In this document: positions 47,296-61,091 of the stretch, piece after piece | Layout: every line of letters starts with the position of its first letter | Numbering within the stretch: the stretch's first letter is position 1 | DNA from: Eledone cirrhosa | Lineage: Eukaryota | Assembly (NCBI GenBank): GCA_964016885.1 | Contig: OZ024741.1 | Coordinates: forward strand, 20,212,001 to 20,276,000 | Direction of reading: 5' to 3' | Length of the DNA stretch: 64,000 nucleotides | The notes under the pieces: generated by a model | Told to the model about the DNA's origin: nothing | Database searches by the model: none | What the model saw: only the letters and a program-made list of their open reading frames with translations | Made by a program: the position numbers and the translations under genes

Positions 47296-47779
47296 TATGT
47301 AGCCGGTAATTGTACCGCTATGTAGCCGGTAGTTGTACCAATATGTAGCCGGTAGTTGTACCAATATGTAGCCGATAGTTGCACCACTATGTAGCCTGTA
47401 GTTGTACCACTGTGTAGCCGGTAGTTTTACTACTGTGTAGCCGGTAGTTGTACCACTGTGTAGCCGATAGTTTTACCACTATCTAGCCGGTAGTTCTACC
47501 ACTGTGTAGCCGGTAGTTGTACCACTGTGTAGCCGGTAGTTGTACCACTATCTAGCCGGTAGTCCTACCACTGTGTAGCCGGTAGTTGTACCACTATCTA
47601 GCCGGTAGTTGTACCACTGTGTAGCCGGTTGTTGTACCACTGTGTAGCCGGTAGTTGTACCACTGTGTAGCCGGTAGTTGTACTACTGTGTAGCCGGTAG
47701 TTGTGCCACTGTGTAGCCGGTAGTTTTACCCCTATCTAGCCGGTAGTTGTACCACTGTGTAGCCGGTAGTTGTACCACT
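47296..47779. repeat. 23-bp minisatellite, about 21 copies
   Basis: Unit TGTGTAGCCGGTAGTTGTACCAC. Confidence 0.97.
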
Positions 47780-47989
47780 CAACCACCGAGACAATTGAAA
47801 CATGTTTTTTTTTAGTGATATCACAAACATTTAACTTTGAATTCTTTATAGTCTTCCGTACTTTATAATTACGTACAGGTTGGATTGAATATGAAAGATG
47901 GATCGACTTTCGTCAAATCGGACCGAGGAAACAATGTTTCCATTAGTCTTTCCATTTGCTAGTACTATCTATCGGTCGCAACTCCAGGT

Positions 47990-48097
47990 AGAAGGAGTAA
48001 CGTGAAATAAAGTGTTTTGCTCAAGGACATAACGCATCGCCCGGTCCATGAATCGAAGTCACCACCTCAAGATTGCGAATCCAATTCTCTAACCACT
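47990..48097 (-). mobile_element. tRNA-derived CORE-like SINE fragment
   Basis: Minus strand AGTGGTTAGAG (A box-like) ... GACTTCGATTC (degenerate B box) ... TGTCCTTGAGCAAAACACTT (CORE-like motif). Confidence 0.7.
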
Positions 48098-48319
48098 ATC
48101 AATTATAATTGATAGCATACTATCTCTTGTAACTATGGCCCATAGAAATAAAACTTGACGTGATAGAAAAAAAAAAGTATTGCCATTTTTAAACTCAGGG
48201 GCCTCAAATTACTCAAAAAACAGGTTTCAAACTTTGGTCAACAGAAAAACAGCGAAATTTTGTTGACCATTATTTATATATTTTCATATTTTCCAGTATA
48301 AATAACTAATTATATATAT

Positions 48320-48450
48320 GGTGTTGAAACGGCAAGAGCTCAGCCGTCGGGGCACGACTCTTTATAATATAACCATACTCTACTGTCCCAAGTATCGAGT
48401 ACTCTGTCGAGTTATGGTCTAACCAGTTTCAAACTGAATCCATCGAGATT
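48320..48450 (+). mobile_element. Penelope-like terminal repeat fragment with 3' half of a hammerhead
   Basis: GAAACGGCaagagctcaGCCGTCGGGG followed by sequence homologous to the reverse complement of 57425-57560. Confidence 0.65.
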
Positions 48451-48464
48451 TATTTATATATATA

Positions 48465-48770
<306 letters not shown>

Positions 48771-48962
48771 TGAAATAAATCAAAAGTCAGAGATAGGTAG
48801 TTAATTAGTTCATTGTTTTACGATCGTTTCAGAGTGTTGAGTGATCGTGGTAGATGGATATATCGACTGGCACCTAATCTCGCTGAAACCATCCCTGCAA
48901 GGTCACATTGAATTCAAACAATGTTATCGGCCCCACCACAAACAGGTAGAAACCAATATATT

Positions 48963-49019
48963 TGTGTGTGTGTGTGAGTGTGTGAGTGTGTGTGTGTATG
49001 TGTGTCTGTGTGTGTGTGT

Positions 49020-49050
<31 letters not shown>
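48963..49050. repeat. Compound (TG)n(TC)n microsatellite
   Basis: Direct reading. Confidence 0.95.
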
Positions 49051-49053
<3 letters not shown>

Positions 49054-49541
49054 GACTATTCGGCAAACTCATATATAATATAGTTTATCTTACACCTCTT
49101 ATTTTATCGTTCGTTTCCGACTGGAGTCCAGATTCGTTTAAAACAAAAAACAGAAGAAAATTTCTTTTCATTTCCAGGGCGAGGTGGATGTAATTATAAG
49201 AATTTACCAATTCAATAACACATCATCTAGCTGACAATATTACTTTTAGAAACTTTAAAAAAATGAAAATATATTCGTAATTCTAACAGGGAGGGGGGAT
49301 ACTGGCCTGGTATCCCCAACACTTGCACAAAAATTATAACACCCAGCAAACCCACAAAATTACATACTCCTGTGTATTGCGTGTAATTTGAATTAACAAG
49401 TTATACATATAGATGTTGAATGCAAAAATCTGACCTGTAATACATAAATGTAATATGGAAATAGAGATACATAAACGCTAAATAGAGATTTTCATTAAAC
49501 TAAACTAAGTACATTAAGTTATATCTACTTGTAATATGTAC

Positions 49542-49754
49542 CACTATAATACCTTTCTCTACACTATAATACCTTTCTCTACACTATAATACCTTTCTCT
49601 ACACTATAATACCTTTCTCTACACTATAATACCTTTCTCTACACTATAATACCTTTCTCTACACTATAATACCTTTCTCTACACTATAATACCTTTCTCT
49701 ACACTATAATACCTTTCTCTACACTATAATACCTTTCTCTACACTATAATACCT
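49542..49754. repeat. Perfect 20-bp minisatellite, about 10.6 copies
   Basis: Unit ACACTATAATACCTTTCTCT, no variants seen. Confidence 0.98.
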
Positions 49755-49875
49755 ACAAAAGGTATCCTAGTGAACGTTGCTTTATTGATTGACAAAAGAA
49801 GGAAATAAAAATAAATTTTCTGTAGTTTTAACTATTTATGTTTCAGCTTTATGTCATGCTAATCTTTATATATAA

Positions 49876-50540
49876 CTAGCCGAATTACCCGCGCCTTGCT
49901 GCGTTTCACACATTTTTTTGTAAGAAAATGATGATTGATTTTAAATTAGTGATATAATTTATGGAGAAAAACTCTGCATTTCAATATTACTCAATGTAAA
50001 ATGTAATGCATGAAAAATTGGAAAACATTATTTTTTGTAATATATCAAATCAAAATTACATTATTAAATCTTATTCTTGTTTTGTTTCTTGTAAATAATT
50101 TTTTGCTAAATATCAATTCAAAACTTTTGTGAATAGGCATCAAATCTTGTCATTTACCTATGGTTTAAATTTCATATAAATCGAAGGGAAAACATTTTCA
50201 GCGGGGGTTTTGTGCCCCCGGGGAACCCTAATAGGGGGTTTATCCCCATTAGGGTGTCTTAATATTATTAAAATTTGCTGACATTTTGTGAATAGGCATC
50301 ATATCTTGTCATTTACCTATGGTTTAAATTTCATATAAATCACAGGGAAATCATTTTCAGCGGGGGTTTGAGCCCCCGGGGAACGCTTTGATTAAAATGA
50401 AATATACGTAAGAAATCAAATGGGCATGAGCCCCACACACGTGTCAAGTTTCATCAAGATCGGTTTGGTAGTTTTTGAGTTGTAGGTTCACAAACAAATC
50501 CACAAACAAACAGACAGAAATTGCCATTTATGTATATAGA
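49876..50540 (-). mobile_element. Non-autonomous Helitron (665 bp)
   Basis: Minus strand A|TCTATATACATAAATGG ... GCAGCAAGGCGCGGGTAATTCGGCTAG|T: 5' TC, 3' CTAG after a GC-rich imperfect hairpin, inserted in AT with no TSD; internal direct repeat of about 100 bp (near 50125-50228 and 50285-50385). Confidence 0.8.
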
Positions 50541-51050
50541 TCATTGGATAACTGCGGAACTGTGTCATTTATATTTTTTTTTAACACGTTATTAAAATAA
50601 GTTGGATTACTTTGAATAAATCATGAATGAATATGTTGTAATTTATCTACGAAATTTCGTAGCTGTTGATTAAACATAAACATTCTTATATATAATGTAT
50701 TACTTATGTTAAGATTCACTTCTTTTAAAATCTTCAAATGTCAATACTTCCGGTTATGATATAACGGACACTATATAACATCGCTTATATAAACGTTCAT
50801 ATATTTGCATCATAACGTTTATATTTCCGTCGCTAATTTTCTCCTTTTTCATTTTCATTACATTTCACCATAATGCAGTTTATATATAATATCGTCTTTA
50901 AATGTATCCTGGGTTACTTTACTGATTACAGAAGACAGTGTAACACAGTCTCTTTTCAATTTCTGTGAATATTGTTGATTACGATTTTATTTGACGTATC
51001 ATATCTACATGTATACATATTTGCATATAATATCAATATGCACACTACAC

Positions 51051-51382
51051 ATGCTAGCAGAAAACCATCCGAGGGGTGGTTTTTCTGCTAGTATATATAA
51101 ATATCTCTTTTGAATACATTTTCTGCTAGTATATATAAATATCTCTTTTGAATACATTTTCTGCTAGTATATATAAATATCTCTTTTGAATACATTTTCT
51201 GCTAGTATATATAAATATTTTCTGCTAGTATATATAAATATCTCTTTTGAATACATTTTCTGCTAGTATATATAAATATTTTCTGCTAGTATATATAAAT
51301 ATCTCTTTTGAATACATTTTCTGCTAGTATATATAAATATTTTCTGCTAGTATATATAAATATCTCTTTTGAATACATTTTC
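51051..51382. repeat. CTAG-bounded hairpin followed by a 38/22-bp tandem repeat (Helitron 3'-end-like)
   Basis: CTAGCAGAAAACCATCC-GA-GGGGTGGTTTTTCTGCTAG, then repeats of TTTTCTGCTAGTATATATAAATA(TCTCTTTTGAATACA). Confidence 0.8.
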
Positions 51383-51736
51383 AAATTTAGGTACAATGTG
51401 TACCGAGATAAATTTACTGCTTCTATTGTGCACTGTGAGTAAATATAAATTTGAGAACCAATGTACTAGACGGACAAAAACAAGGCAAGGCCCAAGGGTG
51501 TAAGCCAAGAATATATTATTTGATAAAGAAAGAAAGAAGAACGATTTTTTGGCGCGTGGGGGAGAAGAGGTGTGAAGAATTACGGAGTTTTGATGCTCGT
51601 GCCTCTATCTACCTGACGCTATTTAGCGGCGTTATTGAAGTATATTCTATTAATTGAAAACACATTTCGGTGGTCTTCGCTGTTCGCCACCCAGTCTTTG
51701 ATCTCGCTAATTCTCTTGTTCAACACCAAAACTTCA

Positions 51737-51967
51737 AACACACACATACATACACACACAGACACACACATACTTACATACATACATACGTACTTACATA
51801 CACACCAACACACACATGCCAACACACACATACCAACACACACACACACATACCTACATACATATATACATATATACGTAGATACACAGACACACACATA
51901 CATATATACATACATACATAAATACATACACACCAACACACACACACACACAAACACACAGACACAC
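51737..51967. repeat. Degenerate (CA)n/(CATA)n microsatellite
   Basis: Direct reading; source of the THTH/VCVC ORFs. Confidence 0.93.
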
Positions 51968-52229
51968 TAATAAAGAACTCCCATGAGATAAACTGTTATT
52001 ACAAAACTGCTGACAAGTTAAACTGTTATCTTTCTCTTTGTTCTCTTCTTCTATCTTCTCACCTGGGAAAACGAATCATAACTGCCACGCGACACAATTT
52101 ACCTGTTAATAACCTCCGTAACGTGTGTCGTTTCTAAGATCTCAGGTATGCTATTTTAGTCTTTATTGTGTTGTATCAGATGAAAGAATGGTATTTAACT
52201 AATGTATTGGTACGCGATGGGGCCCACCC

Positions 52230-52452
52230 ACAGCCCCCCCCCCCCCCCCGGCGGACAGAATGGAGAAGGCGTTTCCCCGGAGGACGGCAAGGGAGACGCG
52301 CTGGAAAAGCCACTCCAACTCGCGGGGCTCACACCTGCGGCTGGCCAGCTCAGCGCCTATGGTGGTGAGTAAGGAGGTAGCCCTGGGGCCGAGGACACGA
52401 GAAGTCTCCACTGCTATAATAGCAAACCTGTCGGAGAGCAACCGGTATGCTA
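52230..52452 (-). mobile_element. Second 3' fragment of a CRE/SLACS-like retrotransposon ORF
   Basis: AYRLLSDRFAIIAVETSRVLGPRATSLLTTIGAELASRRCEPRELEWLFQRVSLAVLRGNAFSIL; collinear with 46999-47153. Confidence 0.78.
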
Positions 52453-52494
52453 TTATATTGTTATTTTCAGTTGATTCAAAGGTACATCAACCTC

Positions 52495-52790
52495 TCTGAT
52501 GTTGGTGACATGTTAAAATACACCCAGTACACTCTGTAATGTGGTGATAGAAATGTCATCCAGCTTGAGATATTGCCCCAACAAAAGCTAGAAAGAATTC
52601 TTCAGTTGTGTCAAAGGCGACAATTTTCCTGGTGTTGGTGACACGATAAAATGCACCTTGTACACTCCTCTCTTAATTGGTTGATAATAGAAAGGGTATA
52701 AAACTATAGAAACTGGCGAAACAAGGGTTAGCAAGAACTGTTCAGTTGTATCGAGGACATGATCACCTTTCTAGTGTTAGCAACATGATG
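52495..52790 (+). mobile_element. Degenerate tandem SINE-body fragments (about 130-bp period)
   Basis: Repeated GTTGGTGACA..AAAA..CACCCAGTACACTCT..GTGGT..AG.AA.G.CATCCAGC; same family as 54146-54345. Confidence 0.55.
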
Positions 52791-52792
52791 TA

Positions 52793-53962
52793 CCCGGGTA
52801 ACTCTGCTGTGTTATAACAATATACAGATTCCCGGGCAACTCCGCTGTGTTATAACAATATACAGATTCCCGGCTAACTCTGCTGTGTTATAATAATATA
52901 CAGATTCCCTGGCAACTCTACTGTATTATAAGAATATACAGATTCCCGGGCAACTCTACTGTGTCATAACAATATACAGATTCCCGGGCAACTCCGCTGT
53001 GTTATAACAATATACAGATTCCCGGCTAACTCTGCTGTGTTATAATAATATACAGATTCCCTGGCAACTCTACTGTATTATAAGAATATACAGATTCCCG
53101 GGCAACTCTACTGTGTCATAACAATATACAGATTCCCGGGCAACTCCGCTGTGTTATAACAATATACAGATTCCCGGCTAACTCTGCTGTGTTATAATAA
53201 TATACAGATTCCCTGGCAACTCTACTGTATTATAAGAATATACAGATTCCCGGGCAACTCTACTGTGTCATAACAATATACAGATTCCCGGGCAACTCCG
53301 CTGTGTTATAACAATATACAGATTCCCGGCTAACTCTGCTGTGTTATAATAATATACAGATTCCCTGGCAACTCTACTGTGTCATAACAATATACAGATT
53401 CCCGGGCAACTCTGCTATGTTATAAGAATATACAGATTCCCGGGCAACTCTGCTATGTTATAAGAATATACAGATTCCCGGGCAACTCTACTGTGTCATA
53501 ACAATATACAGATTCCCGGGCAACTCTGCTATGTTATAAGAATATACAGATTCCCGGGCAACACTGCTGTATTATAACAATATACAGATTCCCGGGCAAC
53601 TCCGCTGTTATAACAATATACAGATTCCCGGGCAACACTGCTGTATTATAACAATATACAGATTGCCCGGCAACTCCGTTGTTATAATAATATACAGATT
53701 CCCGGGCAGCTCTACTGTATTATAACAATATACAGATTCCCGGGCAACTCTACTGTGTTATAACAATATACAGATTCCCCGGCAACTCCGTTGTTATAAC
53801 AATATACAGATTCCCGGGTAACTCCGCTGTATTATAACAATATACAGATTCCCGGGCAACACTGCTGTATTATAACAATATACAGATTCCCCGGCAACTC
53901 CGCTGTTATAATAATATACAGATTCCCGGGCAACTCCGCTGTGTTATAACAATATACAGATT
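52793..53962. repeat. 38-bp minisatellite (about 31 copies) with a 152-bp four-unit higher-order repeat
   Basis: Unit CCCGGGCAACTCTGCTGTGTTATAACAATATACAGATT; tetramer starts at 52831, 52983, 53135, 53287. Confidence 0.97.
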
Positions 53963-54145
53963 TCAATTGACGCCAGTTACAATGGATTGATAAAAGTGAA
54001 AGATGGATATGGGAAATGGTTTGGTCGTTGGGGGGTGGGGGTGTATGTATATATATGTGCATGTGTGTGTGGGTGGATGTGCGTGTGTGTGGGTGTACGT
54101 GTGTGTGTACGTGTGTGTGCGTGTGTGTGTGCATGTGTGTGTGTC

Positions 54146-54345
54146 ATCATTATCATCGTTGTTTAACGTCCATTTTTCCACGCTAACATGGGTTAGACGA
54201 GTTGTCCTGTTGTGAGAAATGCCAGGTCAGGTGACCATGTCTCGCTCATGCAGAACTGATTTTTGCTTGGTTTCTACGACTGGATGCCCTTCCTAACACC
54301 AACCTCATTTACAGAGTGGACTGGGTGTTTTTTGTCGTGACACCT
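54146..54345 (-). mobile_element. SINE 3' part with GGAAGGGCATCCAG motif and (ATG)n tail
   Basis: Plus strand (ATC)n GTTGTTTAACGTCCATTTTTCCACGCT...GTTTCTACGACTGGATGCCCTTCCTAAC...TTTACAGAGTGGACTGGGTG. Confidence 0.65.
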
Positions 54346-54372
54346 ACATGACCACTTTACGTTATATATATT

Positions 54373-54871
<499 letters not shown>

Positions 54872-54962
54872 ATAACTCTGGAAAATACAGCTGTAGAATG
54901 CTTCAAATCTATTGTAAAACTCATTCTTTGATGTACTCATTGAATCTTGTTTAACTCTTAAA

Positions 54963-55045
<83 letters not shown>

Positions 55046-55052
<7 letters not shown>

Positions 55053-56301
55053 GAATATAAAATGAAAGTGCTTTTTTTTTTTAAAGGAATTTATTAGGTA
55101 TTGACATATGTTTCTGTAACAGACGGAATACTTATGTATCGCTGCTTGCGTAATCATATAATGTTAGCAAGTATTCGATAGCAAATGTATAATCAGTTGT
55201 CACTTCTTCAGAGATATTGGATAAATTGAAAAAAATCAGAAAAATTGAAGTATTTATATTAGTTGTAATAAAGGAAGAAGAGAGGGGATAGTATATGACA
55301 GATGACAATTCAATTTACTGGTAAACAAGTATATAAAGGGTTTCTAATGAGAATACAATGAGTATATGGTTTATTTTATCTAAATAAGAATTTTTGGGAG
55401 TGCCTATTTTAATCTATACTTGACCAATTGAACAATGGACAGGGCTGGTCGTTTGGTGTAGTAGTATTAATTATAAAGTGTCAATTAAGGAAGAGGGAGA
55501 TTTGTAAATTGGAATTTTGTAAATTGTGTAATATGGAATTATTTTGTATTATGAAATCCAAAAATATTTTATTAAATAACAGAATAGAGCGATCGTTATA
55601 CTGTAACCATCGCTTGAAATCTACATTTTCATATTACAAACACTACCAGGATTGAACGCCTGGCTCCATCTCCGTTTGATTGTCAAAATACATATTAACA
55701 TTCTCTATTAGTCTTAATTCTATCAACTCTTCTATTCTTTACCATTTAATATAAACTGCTAGATAAAATAAGATTTCTTAATTCAATTCCTTAATGCATA
55801 TACCAGCAGGCTACCAGCATTGTTGTTATTCAGTAGCAGTGAAAATCTCCCTCTTCCTTAATTGACATTTTATAATTAATACTACTACACCAAACGACCA
55901 GCCCTGTCCATTGTTCAATTGGTCAAGTATAGATTAAAATAGGCACTCCCAAAAATTCTTATTTAGATAAAATAAACCATATACTCATTGTATTCTCATT
56001 AGAAACCCTTTATATACTTGTTTACCAGTAAATTGAATTGCCATCTGTCATATACTATCCCCTCTCTTCTTCCTTTATTACAACTAATATAAATACTTCA
56101 ATTTTTCTGATTTTTTTTCAATTTATCCAATATCTCTGAAGAAGTGACAACTGATTAGACATTTGCTATCGAATACTTGCTAACATTATATGATTACGCA
56201 AGCAGCGATACATAGGTATTCCGTCTGTTACAGAAACATATGTCAATACCTAATAAATTCCTTTTTAAAAAAAAAGCACTTTCATTTTATATTCATCTTT
56301 T
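55046..56301. repeat. Long inverted repeat, arms of about 458 bp (55046-55503 and 55843-56301), spacer of about 340 bp
   Basis: Arms are reverse complements with only a few mismatches; left arm starts directly after a long (TA)n tract. Confidence 0.95.
55503..55655 (+). pseudogene. Remnant of a Penelope-like element GIY-YIG endonuclease C-terminus
   Basis: CKLCNMELFCIMKSKNILLNNRIERSLYCNHRLK resembles the recalled PLE C-terminal motif CxLCxxEKxxI...LLNxRxE...CRHxxK. Confidence 0.65.
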
Positions 56302-56462
56302 CTACATTTTCTCCGGAATATAATTTATACTCGTTGAGCAAACCTACACGTACGCTGTTCATCTCTAACCTGACCATATATTATCACTACATTATTGATA
56401 ACCTGAAATTTATATATATATATATATATTGGAAAATGTGTGTAATCCTTGGTACAGTTAGG

Positions 56463-56733
56463 TATATTAAGACAGGGGGGAAGAAAAAATGGCTTCACTT
56501 GTGCTTTCAACAAATTTATTTTCTTCACAAAATCCAAAAAGAATTTTTCTTAAAAAAAATTATTTTATAAATTAAGTTGTTGTAGCCAAGAACTCCTAAG
56601 ACCTAACCAACAACCAACAACTTAATTTATAAAATAAGTTTTTTTAAGAAAAATTCTTTTTGGATTTTGTGAAGAAAATAAATTTGTTGAAAGCACAAGT
56701 GAAGCCATTTTTTCTTCCCCCCGTCTTAATATA
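56463..56733. repeat. Hairpin with arms of about 120 bp and a 32-nt loop
   Basis: 56463-56582 versus 56615-56733; right arm runs into (TA)n. Confidence 0.95.
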
Positions 56734-56817
56734 TATATATATATATATATATATAACTGCCAATACTGGAATTGAACCAGCAAGACAGTTGAGGTATGTC
56801 ATACATCAATTCTTGTA

Positions 56818-56879
56818 TTTTATCTGACGAGGACGTACTGAAAAAACAACACAGTACCTTCGAAATATATATAATAAAA
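56818..56879 (+). ncRNA. Type I hammerhead ribozyme (PLE-type, palindromic stem III)
   Basis: Stem I TTTTAT/ATAAAA; CTGACGA 56824-56830; stem II GGA-c-GTACTG/CAGTAC-c-TTC; GAAA 56862-56865; stem III ATATATAT; predicted cleavage after A56873. Confidence 0.85.
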
Positions 56880-57204
56880 CATATATTTTGATTGTGTGAA
56901 TGTCTTCATTTATTAATATTCTGAATAATATATATATATATATGTGCGTGTGTATGTATGTATATATTTACACACACACCACCACCACTGACAGTGATAT
57001 TGTATATAACAATTGACCAATACAGTCGTGTGTATATATATATAATGAAATATATGGAGAATAGAAATGGCTGTGCAGTTGCTTTATAAGGTAACTTAAA
57101 ATGCAGTGGGAATAAGAAGAAAGCAAGAAGGGGGGGATTCCTCATCAGTTGTCTACTGGGGGTCTAGGATATTTCTACGCTTTAAAGACAAGATATATAT
57201 ATAC

Positions 57205-57645
57205 ATATAACGAAGGAAGTGTGGTAAGGAACCAGTTGGACCATAACGCACCAGAGTACTCGAAACTATGGGTAGTAGAGTGGGTAATAGGAAAAGACCC
57301 CGTCGGCTGAGCTCCAGCCGTTTCGACAGCTATTTCTGAGTTCTGAGTTGAGAAATAGATGTCGAAACGGCCGGAGCTCAGTCGTCGTGGACCTGACTCT
57401 TTTCCTATTATATATATATATATATAACGAAGGAATTGTGGTAAGGAACCAGATGGACCATAACGCACCAGAGTACTCAATACTTAGGGTAGTAGAGTGG
57501 GTAATAGGAAAAAGTATGACCCCGACGGCAGAGCTCAAGCTGTTTCGACGAATATTTCTGGACTAAATTAGAATTTTTAGCCTGGTGAATAAATAGCCGA
57601 ACTTGCCAAGGGGTACTTCCTTATATGGGAAGATTGTAGTTGTCA
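57205..57645 (-). mobile_element. Two tandem Penelope-like terminal repeat copies with a short inverted segment between them
   Basis: AACGAAGGAA(G/T)TGTGGTAAGGAACCAG...CCAGAGTACTC...GACCCCG occurs at about 57208 and about 57426, each after (TA)n; inverted partial copy near 57350-57410. Confidence 0.7.
57519..57614 (-). ncRNA. Degenerate hammerhead copy (core TTGGCAA, A6 mutated)
   Basis: Inverted homolog of 58426-58521; stem I ACCCC/GGGGT intact, core and stem II mutated. Confidence 0.5.
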
Positions 57646-58023
57646 AGAGGATTGGTCAAAATTTGTTGTAAACACAAATAAGTCTATCATGGCATTTGGT
57701 GGGGGGTAGGGGTGGCTGAACTTGCTTGTAGAACAATGAGGGAGTGAGTAGAGCCGGTCAAGCGTTGAAAGTGATATGTATACAGCAGATTCTAAGGATT
57801 GTGTATGAAAAGTCGAAAAATTGTTCTGGAGAAAATGGAGGAGAGAAGTAATAGAATAGGTAAGTCAAATGAGAGTAGGAGACAATAAAAAATAATAGAA
57901 AGAAATATAAAAAAATATATAAAATTAGATAGTGAGAAATGAATAAAAAAAACAAAAACAGTAGGGTCTAGAAACAGCTGCTATGATTAGTAGGTGTTGC
58001 TTGTGCGGACAAAACTATAGAAA

Positions 58024-58315
58024 AGGTTAATAAGTTGAGAATGGAAAATACTAAATAAGAAATTGTAAAAGTGGGTAGTGAAAAAATATAAAGCAAACTT
58101 TTCAGGGGTCTAACACAGCTGCTAAAAATAGTTAGTAAAGCGTATTCCGCCAATGCTATCTTACAATTACAGGTTAATAAGTTGAGAATAGAAAATATTT
58201 AGAAATTGTAGAAATGGAGTAGTAACAAAAATGATACAAAATTACAGGGGTCTAACACATCTGCTATAAATAGTTAGTAAAGCGTATTCGGCCAATTCTA
58301 TCTTAAAATTACAGG
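58024..58315. repeat. Diverged tandem duplication, about 147-bp period
   Basis: AGGTTAATAAGTTGAGAAT...CAGGGGTCTAACACA.CTGCTA..AATAGTTAGTAAAGCGTATTC occurs twice (58024, 58171). Confidence 0.85.
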
Positions 58316-58425
58316 GGTGGGGGTACTGAGGCTGAGGCTACAGAGGCCCGATGGGCTGCATCGGGGTAGGCGAAAGGGGAAAAAAAGACGAGGAAGACAT
58401 CTACAATCTTCCCATATAAGGAAGT

Positions 58426-58521
58426 ACTCCTTGACAAGTTCGGCTATTTATTCACCAGGCTAAAAATTCTAATATAGTCCAGAAATAGCCGTCGAAACGG
58501 CTTGAGCTCTGCCGTCGGGGT
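58426..58521 (+). ncRNA. Type I hammerhead ribozyme, U3-A8 core variant
   Basis: Stem I ACTCC/GGGGT; core TTGACAA 58431-58437; stem II G-tt-CGGCTATTT/AAATAGCCG-t-C; GAAA 58494-58497; stem III ACGGC/GCCGT; GUC site, predicted cleavage after C58516. Confidence 0.8.
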
Positions 58522-58541
58522 CATACTTTTTCCTATATATT

Positions 58542-58575
<34 letters not shown>

Positions 58576-58660
58576 AGTTAAAAACAAAAAACAAAAACAA
58601 TAACGAAGAGTGCAGTATAAACTGTTAGTATTAAGTTCACGCTTCAGAGTGGGGGTGGGG

Positions 58661-58695
58661 GACGACGTTTCGGGCATAAGCCCTTCATCAGGAGA
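58661..58695 (-). ncRNA. Minimal PLE-type hammerhead motif with weak stem I
   Basis: Minus strand CTGATGA-A-GGGC-TTAT-GCCC-GAAACGTC; palindromic ACGT stem III; stem I pairing is limited to about 1 bp. Confidence 0.55.
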
Positions 58696-58761
58696 AAAGT
58701 GGGAAGGAAAAGAGTTCCGAGGGTGTGAGGGGGCATGAGTATGTTGTGATACCTTAAATTA

Positions 58762-60304
<1,543 letters not shown>

Positions 60305-60559
60305 TGAAGGCGGCCGACATGACTAGAAACTGCTAAATGGATGGCCTCCTTCTTGTCTCTGCCTTTCCAGCGCCATGGATTATATTCCTTTGTTAAATTT
60401 CGATTACCTGATTCATGCTGAACCCGGTCATTGAAATGTTCATAGTATAATAAACCTTTAAGGAATTATACCTGTCCAGCCTCCTGTTATTTTATAATAT
60501 ATATATTTTATAATATATATAGATGTGAGAAAAACCACAGACCCTCCATCTCAACTCTA

Positions 60560-60595
60560 CTTTTGAAAAGCAGAAGAACTGCGAAACCGGTAAAG
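60560..60595 (+). ncRNA. 36-nt minimal hammerhead ribozyme, U3-A8 variant
   Basis: CTT-TTGAAAA-GCAG-aagaa-CTGC-GAAA-CCGG-TA-AAG: stem I CTT/AAG, stem II GCAG/CTGC, palindromic stem III ACCGGT, GUA site with predicted cleavage after A60592. Confidence 0.75.
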
Positions 60596-60750
60596 GAACC
60601 AAATAAATATATATATTTTTTTTAATAAGACTTTAGTTGCATTTTCGATTTCATCTTTTTTTCTTTATACTTTCACTCGTGTAGGACACCTCGGTTATTT
60701 TTCATTTTGTAAAAAATACCTCACTTTCTAATATATATTATATATATATA

Positions 60751-60817
<67 letters not shown>

Positions 60818-60820
<3 letters not shown>

Positions 60821-61003
60821 CAAAGGAATTGTGGTAAGGAACCAGATAGACCATAACGCACCAGAGTACTCAACACTTAGGGTAGGAGAGTGGGAAATAG
60901 CAAAAAGTATGACCCCGACGGCAGAGATCAAACTGTTTCGACGGCTATTTCTGGTATATATATATATATATATACCAGAAATAGCCGTCGAAACAGTTTG
61001 AGC
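60818..61003 (-). mobile_element. Penelope-like terminal repeat fragment ending in a (TA)n-centred hairpin
   Basis: Homologous to 57426-57560; TCAAACTGTTTCGACGGCTATTTCTGG (TA)n CCAGAAATAGCCGTCGAAACAGTTTGA. Confidence 0.75.
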
Positions 61004-61091
61004 TGTTTGACCTTTGAAAAGGTCAGAAAGGAAAACACACGAAGACATCAACTCCAGATTGATTGGAAATTTATCTGATTTAGAAAAAATG

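Noticed and set aside
48196-48215. CAGGGGCCTCAAAT, a hAT-like terminus
   Set aside because: No partner TIR or 8-bp TSD found.
51655-51710. Minus-strand GGTGG...CCACC-GAAA hairpin resembling a hammerhead stem II
   Set aside because: No recognisable CUGANGA/UUGANAA core or stem I.
55428-55655. 75-aa ORF as a functional CDS
   Set aside because: Chimera of an inverted-repeat arm and a short Penelope endonuclease tail, starting at TTG.
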